A stretch of 64,000 nucleotides of DNA. It comes from an uncultured archaeon (GTDB taxonomy: Archaea; Micrarchaeota; Micrarchaeia; Micrarchaeales; CABMGC01). Made by a program: the position numbers and the translations under genes. The stretch lies in the NCBI GenBank assembly GCA_963729635.1, contig CAVSOP010000009.1, forward strand, positions 136,070 through 200,069. Reading direction: 5' to 3'. Position 1 is the first letter of the stretch, and the number at the start of each line of letters is the position of its first letter. Shown piece by piece: positions 29,090-40,360 of the stretch. Below the pieces are notes generated by a model. The model was not told the origin of the DNA. It searched no databases and was given only the letters and a program-made list of their open reading frames with translations.

Positions 29090-31910
29090 TTAGAAGGTTA
29101 AACTATCTTCAATTACTTTCTTTTCATCATCAGTTATGTTGTAAATATCATAAACTAATTCGTCAATTACTCCTTCTGTATAATTAATTTCTTTTTCTAT
29201 AGAATGTCTTTCATCCGTCATTTTTTGATTAATCACTTCAAGTTTTTTGTACAAAGTTATCGTCTTGTTTACCAGTATTGCAACTTTGTCTTCGATGTTC
29301 TTATCACAAGTGGCTATCGGAAATAGCTCTACATATTGATACCGGTAGTCATAATACCCACCTCTCAACAGCGAACAAATGCGTTCTGCATAATATTGCA
29401 TTAGCTTACAATTCAGTATACCAAGAACATAACGCGAAGAAGTTGGAATAAAGAATGCGCTGTCCTGGATGAAATATCTCTGCTCGTCTATTGTAAAATT
29501 AGGACGTATATTTATTCTAGGATAAATAATCTTAGGTTGGTCAAATTGAGAATAGTAAGAGCATCCTCTTAGTTCGTACCAAGGATGTTTGTGATTTTTG
29601 ACTTCCCATACCTTATCAAGTTGAGTTTTGAACTGCAGAAGATAATCTCTAACTGCAGAATAGTTGTCTATATCTATCCCTGTATAAGAGTAAATCAGAT
29701 AACGGCTATTGAACTTTATCGAGTATCTCTTAATGTCTTTACCTGTGAGGAATGGTCTAATTATTTCTTTAGATTTTGGGTCTTTTCTAATCAACTCATT
29801 CTTAGTTTCTTCGTCGATGATGAAGGCATCATTATATCCTGTTGTTATGCCGCGGTATAGTTTTTGCTTTATGAATTTCTTAAGAGGTAAGCCTTTATCT
29901 TCTATTTTCTTTTTTAGTGATAAACTAATTTCGTTCTCCATGCTCCAGGGTTCATCTGTCAAATGCGATTGTGATATTGAAAATGAGTCCGCCTTTATTT
30001 CTTCATCGAGCGAGTTAAATTTCAGACTACGAATTTTGGAAACAGTTATTTTGTTTTTAAGATTATTCTTTGGATTGGTTGACTTCTCTAGAATTATGAT
30101 GCAAGGGTAGGTTGTAGCCTCGGCGAAGACGGGCAAATCTCCAAAATCTATGAATCTTACGATTTTGGAATTGTCGAGTATGAATTGTCTTAATTCTCTT
30201 CCATAATTGGTCTTCGTAAATTTACTTGAAACTATGAAACCGAACAATCCCTTTTCTTTCAGCAGGTTCAGTCCTCTCTCGAAGAAATACGCGTAGAGGT
30301 CGTTTGAGCCATTGTAGATTTTATAATTCTGCAATGCGTCCTTTATTGGCAACAACTCTTCTTGACGGACATATGGAGGATTTCCAATAACTGCGTCAAA
30401 GCCTCCTTCCGCCATGACCTCTCTAAACTCACTTTTCCACTCAAAGGGCTTCTTTTCTATAAAAGCAGGGTCGTCAATTATGGAATTCCCATTCTTGATA
30501 TTTTGTTGCAGTGTAGGTAATCTTTCCTTCTGTTCTGCTACCTTTAGCAATAGATTAAGTTGAGCTATGTCAACTGCTTGCCTGTCAAGATCAACTCCGA
30601 ATATGTTATTTGTCAGAATGCTAAGTTTAGTGAATATGTGGAACAAGTACCTGTCGTATCTAACTTATTTTGGCTATATCCCTCTTTATTGCTATAATAT
30701 TCGTCTAGCACATCAAACGTCTTGATTAGGAAGGAACCTGAACCACAAGCGGGGTCTAGCACCTTAATCTTCGACACGTCAATTTTTTTGTTATTTATCA
30801 ATTCTCCAACTGTGTTTCTAACTATGTATTCTACAATGTATGTAGGAGTAGTAGTATATGCCCTCTGATTTTCTCTTAGCTTTGCTCTCAGTTAGCTTAG
30901 CTCTTTCTTTAGTTTTGCTTAGAATATGCCCTAAATACTGTTCGTAAATATTACCTAGAATGTCGGCATCAATCAAGGAAAAATCATAAGGTATTGTACC
31001 ATCTTCCGTAGTATAAAGACCATCTATGACTCTACTCAAAGCCTCGTCACTAATCTCTACTTGATCGCAGAGATGCTTTTCGAATATTTTACTATCATAA
31101 GTTGTATTAAAATTAGTAAACAGTTGGTGTAATGAGTTAAGTAGACTGCCTTTCTTAGTTAGTTTCCATTGTCTTATCAATGATAGTAATTCAGGAGCTT
31201 TCCATCTCTCTGTCTTCGCAGTTTCTAATGAAAATCAATCTGTCGAAAAGTCGTTGTATTGCTTCATCTAAGTCGTCTTCGCTCATGTTTTTATTTTTGT
31301 TTAGTTTGTAAACGTCCTTTGACAATAACGCTCTGAATTTTGTAAAGTCCAAGAGTAATTGTTCCCCAATAGGTTTCTTTCTCGATTTCATCTCGTATTT
31401 CTTATCTAGCAATGCAGATTGAAATGCTTCTTTCGACAAAAGATATAGTCCGTCTTCAAAATCCTCTAGAAATACCTTGAATCGTAGTGTTATGCGATGG
31501 CTCTGCAAGGGATTTGTATTCCAGAACGCATCATAGACTCTTACCTCTTTAAAATTAGTCAATACTGCCCAATTACACCCCCGATAGTAAGCGTAATTTA
31601 TAGCTTGCTCCGCAAAAGTACATTTTTTCTCCATTCACAGTCCGGTATCCATCTAGATTTTCACCTAGTGATTTTGCTTCCAAAAAGAACTTAGGTATTC
31701 CTCCTATCTTTAGCGCATAGTCTACGCGTTTCTTTGATACTTTATCTTCTGGAGCAACTTCATTCCAATTTGTAAAATCCCATCCTAGAGCAGTAAAAAG
31801 AGGTTTTATGAAGCCGTCTTTGTTGCTTCTTCATTATAATGCTCATCTTTCTCTTTGTCATACTTCTTGATTAAATCCGAAATGAGTTCTTCTACTCTGT
31901 CTGTATCCAT
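29090..31910 (-). CDS. Type IIG restriction-modification enzyme (Eco57I/TaqI-like N6-adenine MTase fused to a REase), broken by several frameshifts
   Basis: Consecutive fragments: MDTDRVEEL.../EQAINYAY...VLTNF/DILGNIYEQYL...GIYY/VLDPACGSGSFL/VIGNPPY/TaqI-like TRD. Confidence 0.85.
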
Positions 31911-31973
31911 GAAATTGGATAGGAATAGAAGCCTTAAAACCTTAAGCTAGACCATCTTATCTATCTTCTTCAA

Positions 31974-32765
31974 GCTCATTTTCGTCTTTTCAGTATCTTG
32001 CCCTTAAACCATATCAACGGAGATAGCCAATACCAAAAGAATAGCCATGCAAATACGAGTAATCCTATTTGATGTAAGGTGTATGTTCCTGCAAAGGTTG
32101 GTTGTAGCTACTAAATCCAAGGTTTGTCAGTAGCATACTTCCAGCAATTCCAACTACTGGATAAATGATGAATAACGCTACTAAACACCATAACCCTGCT
32201 CCTAGCAGCCTTTTCTTTATGTTTGGTTCATTTAGGTGTACGAAGTAGTTCAGTACTACGTTTGCCAAGCAAAATACGATAATTGTAGTTACAGAGTCAA
32301 CGAAGAAGAAGGAGATGCCTGTATTATACGAACCAAACTTCCTCATAATTTGTATAATTGAATTGCATATTGCGAAACAAGTAATGCTGCGATGAAGGAA
32401 CCTACTACTTTCCATTTGTATTTCAAGCTTGCTCTGTCTTTCATTTGGATTAGATATGCAATCACTAACGCAAGAGCAATAACTAGCCCTATCGAAGTTT
32501 CTTCAACGCTAGTCCACGCATCTGCACTAGCCGCAGTAATGTTTACGGGAGAGCCGCCAACCTTCTCACTATATCCATTAAAGATGTTGGTAAATGAGCC
32601 AACAATCGAATTTCTTGGTATATCTGTCGCGTTAGTCGTTGGATAATATGTGGCATAATAGTTGGTAACTGCGATTATCGCGACTATTAAACCTAGAATA
32701 ATGACGCTCGATACAAGGTAAGGATGTTCTATAATCTTCTTTACAGTTTCCATCAACGCACTCAT
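31974..32765 (-). CDS. Multi-pass membrane protein (probably one gene split by frameshifts)
   Basis: ORFs 32343..32765 and 32065..32415 plus a downstream hydrophobic segment GLLVFAWLFFWYWLSPLIW are contiguous. Confidence 0.45.
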
Positions 32766-32766
32766 T

Positions 32767-33657
32767 CTATTGCTCGAGTAATCTTTCTATTGCAACTTTA
32801 AATCTGTTCAGTTCGGTAATTGTTCCAGATATGCCTCTGCCAAATTCACTTATTTGATACGATAGCAATTTTCTCCCTTCACTATTTATCTCACTATTAT
32901 TGAACGCTCTGAGGTTAACATTAAGTTCTTCTAGCTTAGGTAGTGTCGCAGTTAGCAATCCATAATATGTGCTGTTTCCATCTACTCTCCCTGTTTCATC
33001 TAGACCAAATATCAAGTCTCCCGTATTGATTATAGATGATTTAATGTAGCTTAAATCAATTTCAGAAATACTGCCTTGATGGGTTGGATGTATTTGCAAA
33101 CTGCCCTGATTTTTCCTTAGATTTAATTCAGTAATAAGAATCTCAACAGTATTCTTCAATACTGTTAACCTCTGGTGCTTTCCTATATTATCTGTGAACA
33201 GATTAAGTATAATTGACCTGGATGCGGGATAGGTAGCTCCATTGATTCTAACATAAAAGCCTCCAGTACTCTTCAGATTAAATGGCTTTGAGTGTGGACA
33301 ATTCTCAATTTTTAATATCATGTAAAAACTAGAGCCTTCAGGTACTTTCTGCATTGTAATTGTAGTGTTAGGGTCAACCAAAGCAGACCTCCCAGTAATT
33401 TGTTGGATAATATCATGTTCTCTGGAATTGGCTAGGGGATTCTTCTGCTCTGCCTTGTCTTTTCCGCTAATGCCTAGAACGATAAATCCACCATACGAGT
33501 TTGCAAATCCACATATGTCCTTTTCTAATTCTGAGACATCTTCCTTGAAGTCCAGGGTATCTGACTCCGGGAACTGTAATTCGATGAGTTTATCTATGAC
33601 TGCAATATTCCAACCAGCTAGATTATTTGGAATTGTAAAGACTTCGCTTTCGGTCAT
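32767..33657 (-). CDS. Schlafen/AlbA_2-domain protein
   Basis: ESDTLDFKE...DICGFANSYGGFIVLGI...FYVRING. Confidence 0.85.
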   Translation of the reverse strand: MTESEVFTIPNNLAGWNIAVIDKLIELQFPESDTLDFKEDVSELEKDICGFANSYGGFIVLGISGKDKAEQKNPLANSREHDIIQQITGRSALVDPNTTITMQKVPEGSSFYMILKIENCPHSKPFNLKSTGGFYVRINGATYPASRSIILNLFTDNIGKHQRLTVLKNTVEILITELNLRKNQGSLQIHPTHQGSISEIDLSYIKSSIINTGDLIFGLDETGRVDGNSTYYGLLTATLPKLEELNVNLRAFNNSEINSEGRKLLSYQISEFGRGISGTITELNRFKVAIERLLEQ

Positions 33658-33914
33658 GCACTCACATATTGTGTTAATATTTATCTGATATAAAGAGCGC
33701 AGTTAAGTTCTTTGACCTTATTCCGCACGTCTTTCCAGAGCCTATCCCAAGCCCTTATCGTATATATCTTAACCTGACTATTGTTAAATGCAGGGCTTCC
33801 TAGAGGCTCTTTCCAGCGGACGGGCTTAAAGGAGGCGGTAACTATTCAGAAGACCTTAAAACAAGCTTGGGTTCTTAACCCAGACGTCTCCACCCTCTCA
33901 GGGCCTTTAACCAA

Positions 33915-34971
33915 TCAAATGTTGCCCCCATAATGATGCAGACAACCCTATTGCCACCTTTAACCTTCGTCTTCCTCAGCGCCGCCAAGCTTGCCACCCC
34001 GCCGGCTCGGCGATGAGACCATACTCCTCGTAGAACCTATCTTGCTCTCTCTCCATCTCCTTGTCGGTGACCGCTATCGCGTCTCCCTTCGTCTCCCTCA
34101 GCGCCTCGAGCGCCTGGTCGCCGAAGGTCGGGAAGCCCACCGCGATCGCGTCGGCCTTGGTCTTCGGCATCACGTACTTTATCTCCTTTCCTGAGTTGAA
34201 CGCCCTGACCAGCGGATCGCTTCCTGCGGCCTGCACAGCGATTATCTTCGGGAGCCGCTTTATCCTCCCTGTGGATTTCATTTCCTTCAATGCCCTGAAG
34301 ACGCCGCTTATCAACGTGGCGTTACCGACCGGGACTATGACATGCGTCACCGACGGGAGCTGGTTGATTATCTCGTATCCCACCGTCTTCTGGCCTTCCT
34401 TCCGATAGCAGTAGTCCCCCGCGAGGAACGCGCCCGTCTTCCTCGCGTACCTCTCCGCGAGTTTCTGCGCCTTGGTGAAGTCGCCGTTCACGAAGTCCAT
34501 CGTGGAATCGTGTTCGCTCCTTATGTCCTGCACCTTGTCTCTGTTCGCTCCCTTGCTCAGGAAGACCTTGACTTTCATCTCTGCGAGATTGGCGTAGTGG
34601 GCGACCGAGTACGCCATGTTCCCTGTTGATGCCAAGGTGATCTCCTTGTATCCGTACTCCACTGCCTTGCTCACCTCTATTATCGATCCCCTGTCCTTAA
34701 ACGACCTGGTCGGGTTGTCGATCTCCAGCTTCAGGAAGACGTTGTCTTGGTCGTGGCTTTGAATCAGCCTCGTGGAGCCGATCTCGTAGTGCCTGTACTT
34801 ACAGTCGGGCAGCACTTTCTCGTAGTCCCAGAACTTTCCAGTGCCCACTATTTTAGGCATTCTCCCTTCGTAGCGCACGTCGAGTATCCCGCCGCACTTG
34901 CTGCAGACCTGCTTGTCGTAGCCGCTCGGGCGGTCCGTCCCGCACTTCAGGCACTCGAGATGGTATCGCAT
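33915..34971 (-). CDS. thrC: Threonine synthase-like PLP enzyme (3' frameshifts)
   Basis: N-terminal CxxC...CxxC, NPTRSFKDRG, ASTGN, EGQKT and VPVGN motifs. Confidence 0.85.
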
Positions 34972-35028
34972 GAGGGAAATGATTAGTTGAATTTATTAAG
35001 ACTTGGCCCGATCAGGGATGTCCGTCGC

Positions 35029-35256
35029 TCAGGGGGTTACCTTTTCCTTTATGTATACTGCCACCGCGCTTGTCACCCAGGCGATTACCAATCCGATTCC
35101 GATTCCCTTAAGGTATAGGCTTCCCGTAAGATATGACGCCAAAACGAATATCGCGCTCAGGACCAGCTCGAACAATATGAGCGTCGTATCCAACCGTTCC
35201 AGCAGCTTGCGCCTCCAAGGCGACAGTAGGATGCTTTTTTTCTCCATGTTTTTCAC
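35029..35256 (-). CDS. Small membrane protein
   Basis: 75 aa with two TM helices. Confidence 0.55.
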   Translation of the reverse strand: MKNMEKKSILLSPWRRKLLERLDTTLILFELVLSAIFVLASYLTGSLYLKGIGIGLVIAWVTSAVAVYIKEKVTP

Positions 35257-35366
35257 CTTTTATCATGTTCTGCCAATGCTTAATACCTAGTCCTTTAGAT
35301 CACATGTCAATTTCATGTCTGGTTCATTATCAAATATGATAATGAAAGACACACAAAAACAACTTT

Positions 35367-35900
35367 TTATTTCATAAGGCTTGCGAACTTCTTCTTCACC
35401 TTTGCGACCTTCGGCCCGATCTCCAGGAGGCAGTACGGCTGGAAGGGGTTCCTCTGATAGTAGTCCTTGTGGTACTCCTCCGCAGGGTAGAAGACGTCGA
35501 GCTTCTTCACTTGCGTGGCTATTGGCTTCTTGAAGTCCTTCTGCGCCCTCGCGAGGAACGCGGCTATCTCCTTCTTCTGCTCCTCGGTGCCGTAGAGTAT
35601 TATCGACCTGTACTGGTTGCCCGTGTCGGGACCCTGCCTGCCGACCGAGGTCGGGTCGTGCATCGTTACGAAGACCTCCAGCAGCGTCCTCAGCGGAAGC
35701 TTGTCGGAGTCGTACTCGATCCTCAGCACCTCCGCGTGCCCAGTCTTCCCGGTGCAGACCTGCTCGTACGTGGGGTTCTTGGTCGTCCCGCCGGCGTAGC
35801 CGGGGTAAGTGCCGACGACGCCCTTGAGCATCCTGATGACCGCCTCGGTGCACCAGAAGCAGCCGCCGCCGAGAACTATCACATCAGTTTCGCCGTTCAT
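35367..35900 (-). CDS. msrA: Peptide-methionine (S)-sulfoxide reductase
   Basis: GGGCFWCTE, GHAE and AEEYHKDY motifs. Confidence 0.97.
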   Translation of the reverse strand: MNGETDVIVLGGGCFWCTEAVIRMLKGVVGTYPGYAGGTTKNPTYEQVCTGKTGHAEVLRIEYDSDKLPLRTLLEVFVTMHDPTSVGRQGPDTGNQYRSIILYGTEEQKKEIAAFLARAQKDFKKPIATQVKKLDVFYPAEEYHKDYYQRNPFQPYCLLEIGPKVAKVKKKFASLMK

Positions 35901-36013
35901 CGTTTCCGACCCTTACGGACATGGAATCGGAATTATTTAAAATACACTGATGGTCAGTATTGGGGCCAGCATCCGCAAGGCTTATTTATATTGCCATTAG
36001 TCTGTATACATTG

Positions 36014-36196
36014 ATGCATATGGAGGGTAACGCAAAATCAATGATAGCAATCCTAATGGGAATAATAATAGCAATTGCGGACATCTACTGGACGTACACG
36101 AGTTATTATGACCCGGTATGGGTTGCGCTGGGGATCGTGATCTTCATGGCAGACGTAATATGGCTGTATATCGATTGGAGCTTCATGAAGAAATGA
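36014..36196 (+). CDS. Small membrane protein
   Basis: Two TM helices with repeated ADxxW. Confidence 0.55.
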   Translation: MHMEGNAKSMIAILMGIIIAIADIYWTYTSYYDPVWVALGIVIFMADVIWLYIDWSFMKK

Positions 36197-36202
36197 TGCC
36201 TG

Positions 36203-36730
36203 GTGCTGGCTATGGATAGGGCAATAATCATCGGGTCCGTGATGGTGGCGATAATAATCATCGCCGCCGTGGCTTTCCTTTTAACTGGAAACAAAAGCGC
36301 GGGAAACCCTGCTGGCAGCACGATCGCAACCACCGCTTACACTACAATTTCACAGCCCACCACCACTGTTTCTACAACCATGGCGACAAATTCGTCCTCT
36401 CAGACCGTAGTGCTTGAGAATAGCGCAACCTATGGAAGCCACTTGGCAAATGCCAGCGGATTCACATTGTATACATACACTAACGACGTGCCCAATAGCG
36501 GCCAGAGCGCGTGTTATTCCTCTTGCGCAGCAAACTGGCCAATATTCTACGCCACCAACATCGTCGTTTCGCAGGGCCTGAACGCGTCGAAGTTTGGCGT
36601 CATAGCGCGAACGGATGGGACAAAGCAGACCACGTATAACGGGTATCCGCTTTACTTCTTTGTGTCAGACCACAAATCGGGTGATGCGAACGGCAATAAT
36701 GTTGGCGGATTCAAAATAGCGACAGGATAG
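36203..36730 (+). CDS. Secreted repeat protein (COG4315/Lipoprotein_15-like)
   Basis: N-terminal TM helix, Thr-rich linker, GFTLYTYTND...CYSSCAANWP...QTTYNGYPLYFFVSD. Confidence 0.85.
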   Translation: MLAMDRAIIIGSVMVAIIIIAAVAFLLTGNKSAGNPAGSTIATTAYTTISQPTTTVSTTMATNSSSQTVVLENSATYGSHLANASGFTLYTYTNDVPNSGQSACYSSCAANWPIFYATNIVVSQGLNASKFGVIARTDGTKQTTYNGYPLYFFVSDHKSGDANGNNVGGFKIATG

Positions 36731-36750
36731 GCACCGGAGGCAAGATGGTT

Positions 36751-37134
36751 TCAATCCTTGGCATCCTTTGCACCCTTCTTCGGCACGAACAGCAGCGATA
36801 TGGAGTTGACGCAGTGCCTCACGTTCTTGAGCGTCATCATCTCGCCGGTGAAGACGTGGCCCAGGTGCGCGCCGCAGTTGGCGCACTGTATCTCGGTCCG
36901 CATGCCGTCCGGGTCGGGAACCCTCTTCACCGCGCCCCTTATCTCGTCGTCGAAGCTGGGCCAGCCGCACCTGGCGTCGAACTTGTCCTTGGACCTGTAG
37001 AGCGGGGCGCCGCAGCGCCTGCAGACGTAGGTGCCCTCTTCCCAGTGCTGGTCGTACTCCCCGGTGAAAGGCACCTCAGTGCCCTTGCCCACGATTACCG
37101 CCTCCTCTTCCTTGGTAAGCTTCCTTAGCTTCAT
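36751..37134 (-). CDS. msrB: Peptide-methionine (R)-sulfoxide reductase
   Basis: [20 protein letters not shown] and RHCVNS motifs. Confidence 0.97.
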   Translation of the reverse strand: MKLRKLTKEEEAVIVGKGTEVPFTGEYDQHWEEGTYVCRRCGAPLYRSKDKFDARCGWPSFDDEIRGAVKRVPDPDGMRTEIQCANCGAHLGHVFTGEMMTLKNVRHCVNSISLLFVPKKGAKDAKD

Positions 37135-37190
37135 TCCATCCCTCCCATTATGCACACGACGCCATGTCTTATAAGGTTTTTGTGGAATCC

Positions 37191-37706
37191 TTAGAGGGTG
37201 GGATTATCGGGCAAGAACTTCATGATTTCTTCAACTACCTCTTCAGGAGTCTTATTGCCCGTCTGAATTACGTTTCCGTAATCGAAGGCGGATACTAGCT
37301 TAAACACCGCTTCGGCGTTCCGCTCGCCGAGCGTATTCTTCCTTGCCCTGTCTCTCTTCACGCACTCGCTCAAATCCGCCTTCAGAGTGAATGCAACGTG
37401 AGGAAAATCCAACTTGCTTGTGATGTCATCTATCTGCTCCTTGTGATAGAAGTTTCCTTCCATCACCGCGTTCCTGCCGCTCTCCAACTCCTTCCTTACC
37501 TTCGGAAGCGTCACGTCGTCCGCCTTCAGGAACCTGTCGAGCGGGATCCATTTGTCATCCACAACCTTGCCGATTCCCAACTCCTCCAGCACCTTGTCGA
37601 AATGGGTCACCGCTGCGCCGATTCTTGACGCCAACAGTGCGCTGGCCGTTGATTTGCCGACTCCCGCGGGGCCTCTGATGAGTACATAGTAGCCCATGGG
37701 ATCCAC
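37191..37706 (-). CDS. P-loop nucleotide kinase-like (AAA_33/AAA_18) protein
   Basis: GPAGVGKST Walker A; kinase lid region. Confidence 0.8.
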   Translation of the reverse strand: MDPMGYYVLIRGPAGVGKSTASALLASRIGAAVTHFDKVLEELGIGKVVDDKWIPLDRFLKADDVTLPKVRKELESGRNAVMEGNFYHKEQIDDITSKLDFPHVAFTLKADLSECVKRDRARKNTLGERNAEAVFKLVSAFDYGNVIQTGNKTPEEVVEEIMKFLPDNPTL

Positions 37707-37711
37707 CTGTC

Positions 37712-38281
37712 CTAGCCTCCCTTCAGCATTCTCCTCAGCTTCGGCTCGTTCTTCCCCACGACCTCCCTGAAGTTCAGCCCGTACCTCTCGTATATCTTGT
37801 GTATGGGCGTGTTGCCCACGAACTTGCCCTTTATGCCGAGCAGCCTATAAGTCTCCTTGACGCGCTCCATCGTCGGCGCCTCTATTTCCACGAGCGTCGG
37901 TATCTCCGGCCACTTGTCGATGGTGACGTGGGCGTCGCCGAGCAGGTACGCGTCCCTCTCGTTCTCCCAGTACAGGAGCTTTGACTTGGTAAGCTTGCTC
38001 ATTATCCTGACCGCGTCCTCGAAGCCGCTCGCGCTGACCTCGTACTCCTTCATCGATGTGAAGCCTGCCTTGCCCTGCGTTTCCTTCAGCGTTATCGTCG
38101 TCTCCCTGCCGTCGGTGCGCACCCTCGCCCAGGAGTGCCTCCCGTGCGTATCGCCCTCAATCAGGAACTCTATCCTCCTGAATTTATGGACGACTTCGTG
38201 CCTCGCCTTCAGCGCCCTGAGCCTGCGGACGACCTCCTTCCTGTCCACGTCAAGTATCTCTATCTCGCTCTCCCTGCCCAT
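37712..38281 (-). CDS. CYTH-domain protein (class IV adenylate cyclase-like)
   Basis: ESEIE, ARVR, TITLK, EYEV and LVEIE motifs. Confidence 0.85.
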   Translation of the reverse strand: MGRESEIEILDVDRKEVVRRLRALKARHEVVHKFRRIEFLIEGDTHGRHSWARVRTDGRETTITLKETQGKAGFTSMKEYEVSASGFEDAVRIMSKLTKSKLLYWENERDAYLLGDAHVTIDKWPEIPTLVEIEAPTMERVKETYRLLGIKGKFVGNTPIHKIYERYGLNFREVVGKNEPKLRRMLKGG

Positions 38282-38296
38282 ATAATCACGTACGAA

Positions 38297-38563
38297 TCAC
38301 TTTACTCCCAGTGCCGCCCTGATATCATCGGCTCTCCTCGGATTCAGAGACACCTGGAGGCCGTACGAAGTGGGATGCGAAAGCAGAAGGCCTTCCTTGA
38401 TGAGTGCCCCAGCGACGTCCTTCGCCGCGCCCCTCAGATGTTGCGGCAGGCCTTTGTGCAACTCATCCAGCGAGGTGTGCTTTGCGCCCCAGACGTTGTG
38501 TATCGCCAATTTCCTCAGGATGTGCGATCTGATCCCGGCAAGATCCTCTGCGGAAAGCTTCAT
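38297..38563 (-). CDS. Small winged-helix-like hypothetical protein
   Basis: WGAKHTSLDELHKGLP...LIKEGLLLSHPTSYGLQVSLNP. Confidence 0.6.
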   Translation of the reverse strand: MKLSAEDLAGIRSHILRKLAIHNVWGAKHTSLDELHKGLPQHLRGAAKDVAGALIKEGLLLSHPTSYGLQVSLNPRRADDIRAALGVK

Positions 38564-38646
38564 TATTTCACATTTTATGTTATTAACAGCAAAGTATAAA
38601 TATTTAACACTCTATACTCTTACTTACTCAGATAGTTAGTGAGTTG

Positions 38647-38979
38647 ATGGAGGGAGAATCAAAATTCGTAGAGCTGCTCGGAGGCTCGCCAATGATAAAA
38701 GTGCTGGATTTCCTGCTGGTCGACAGGGAGTTCGACTACTCGAAGAAGGAGCTCGCGGAGAACTCCAGAATCTCGTACAACACGCTGAAATCGATACTGC
38801 CGTACCTGGTCGGCAACGAGATGATGGTGAAGACAAGGAGAATCGGCAAGCAAGACATGTTCAGGCTCAACACCGGAAACAAGTACGTCAAGGACATGGT
38901 CATGCTCTTCGACTCGTTGATAAAGCACTCCATCGAGGATGCCAAGACGCATGCGAGAGCGGTGCAGATGGTGGAATGA
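38647..38979 (+). CDS. Winged-helix DNA-binding protein
   Basis: IKVLDFLL...DYSKKELAENSRISYNTL...TRRIGK...FRLN. Confidence 0.75.
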   Translation: MEGESKFVELLGGSPMIKVLDFLLVDREFDYSKKELAENSRISYNTLKSILPYLVGNEMMVKTRRIGKQDMFRLNTGNKYVKDMVMLFDSLIKHSIEDAKTHARAVQMVE

Positions 38980-39013
38980 CTTCCACTTCATGCGCGAGTT
39001 TCCGGTAATCGCA

Positions 39014-40231
39014 ATGCTATTCGGAGGAAAGGCAAAGGCGGAAGAGGTCGAACCTGGTCAGCTGCGCTCCCTCCTGAACTCGTCGTTCGACAGGAAGCTC
39101 GGCTCCTTAAGAGCCAAGACTGAGGGCATAGCCAAGGAGCTGCGCGCCGCCAGGGAGAGGTTCATCGCGGCCTGCGAGAAGTTCGAGAGGATCGACCCCG
39201 AGCCCTACACAGAGGACCTCTACTCCGTGAACGTGAACTTCATAAGGAGCCAGAAGGGCCTCTATGCCGAGGCCCTGAAGCGCCTGGCCGAGGAGCTCGT
39301 CCCGGAGCCCGCGGGCTTCGCCAACGCCTACGAGGAGTGCGAGAGCGTGGCCTCGCACGTCGGGCGCGTCTCCTCGGAGATGCTGAAGACCAACGCGACC
39401 TTCAAGCTGGTGGTGCACTGCTACCCCAACCACCTCGCTGAGTTCAAGAGGTCCTTCTCATCGATAGAGCGCCTCACGGGCGCCCTCAGGGCCGAGCTCG
39501 AGAAGCGGGCAGGCGAGTTCGCCGAGTACCGGGCCATCAACGAGAGCATCTCGCGTTTCGAGACCTACGGCCGGGAGCTCGCGGAGACGGAAGCCGAAGC
39601 CGCGGCACTCAGGGAGGGCGGGACCCCCGCAGCATCGGCGGCCCCGGACGCGGGCCACGGCGAGATTCAGGAGAGGCTGGCCGCCAAGAGGGCCGAGCTG
39701 GCCCGCGTTAGCGCCGAGAGCTCCAGCCTGCACCACAGGATAAGCCTTCTCGTCGCGCCCCTGGACAGGCCAGCCAAGAAGTTCGACCACCTCTCCGCTA
39801 GGAAGAGGCCGCTCCACGCATTCATCGAGGACCCGATCGGCGAGATCCGCGGCGGGGCGGAGCATGCGGAGTTCAGGGAGCTGGTGCAGAAGCTCGTCGA
39901 GGCCGTGAACTCCGGGGCAGTGGAGGTCAAGAACAGGGAGGAGGTCGCAGGCATCGCATCCGCGCTCCTCGGTTCGGACCTCCTGTCGCTGGCCGACGCT
40001 TTCAGGTCAACACGGCGCACCGTCTCCGACCTCGAGGGGGAGGTCAGGAGCCTGGAGAGGACGCTCGCATCGCTGAAGGAGGGCAGGACGGCATCGGAGA
40101 GCGCAGCGCACCGCATCGCAGCGCTGGAGGAGAAAGCCGCGGGGCTCGAGAGGTCGTGCGAGGCGCAGAAGGGCGCCGTGGAGAGGCTCTTCATGGAGAG
40201 CTACCGCAGGCTGATATCCGTGAGCGCGTGA
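39014..40231 (+). CDS. Coiled-coil hypothetical protein
   Basis: About 405 aa, rich in E/A/L/R heptads, host-like codon usage. Confidence 0.7.
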   Translation: MLFGGKAKAEEVEPGQLRSLLNSSFDRKLGSLRAKTEGIAKELRAARERFIAACEKFERIDPEPYTEDLYSVNVNFIRSQKGLYAEALKRLAEELVPEPAGFANAYEECESVASHVGRVSSEMLKTNATFKLVVHCYPNHLAEFKRSFSSIERLTGALRAELEKRAGEFAEYRAINESISRFETYGRELAETEAEAAALREGGTPAASAAPDAGHGEIQERLAAKRAELARVSAESSSLHHRISLLVAPLDRPAKKFDHLSARKRPLHAFIEDPIGEIRGGAEHAEFRELVQKLVEAVNSGAVEVKNREEVAGIASALLGSDLLSLADAFRSTRRTVSDLEGEVRSLERTLASLKEGRTASESAAHRIAALEEKAAGLERSCEAQKGAVERLFMESYRRLISVSA

Positions 40232-40360
40232 GCGCTGCGGCCGCAGGGAGACGGTCGGCACGGGGGAGAGAGTCGCCGGAGGAGCTCCATCCGCACGCGC
40301 GCGGGGCCTTGCCGACCCCAAGACTTTTATTCCTTGACATCAAGCTATTAGCGTGGTGGA

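Larger units (their letters stand above)
28260..33803. mobile_element. Low-GC genomic island (defence-like), no integrase visible
   Basis: Abrupt AT-rich composition. Carries a type IIG RM gene, an AlbA_2 protein and small membrane proteins. Both edges are at CTAG next to headless gene tails. Confidence 0.65.

Noticed and set aside
28260-33803. Integron cassette array
   Set aside because: No IntI gene and no convincing RYYYAAC...GTTRRRY attC hairpins; only two short motifs were seen.
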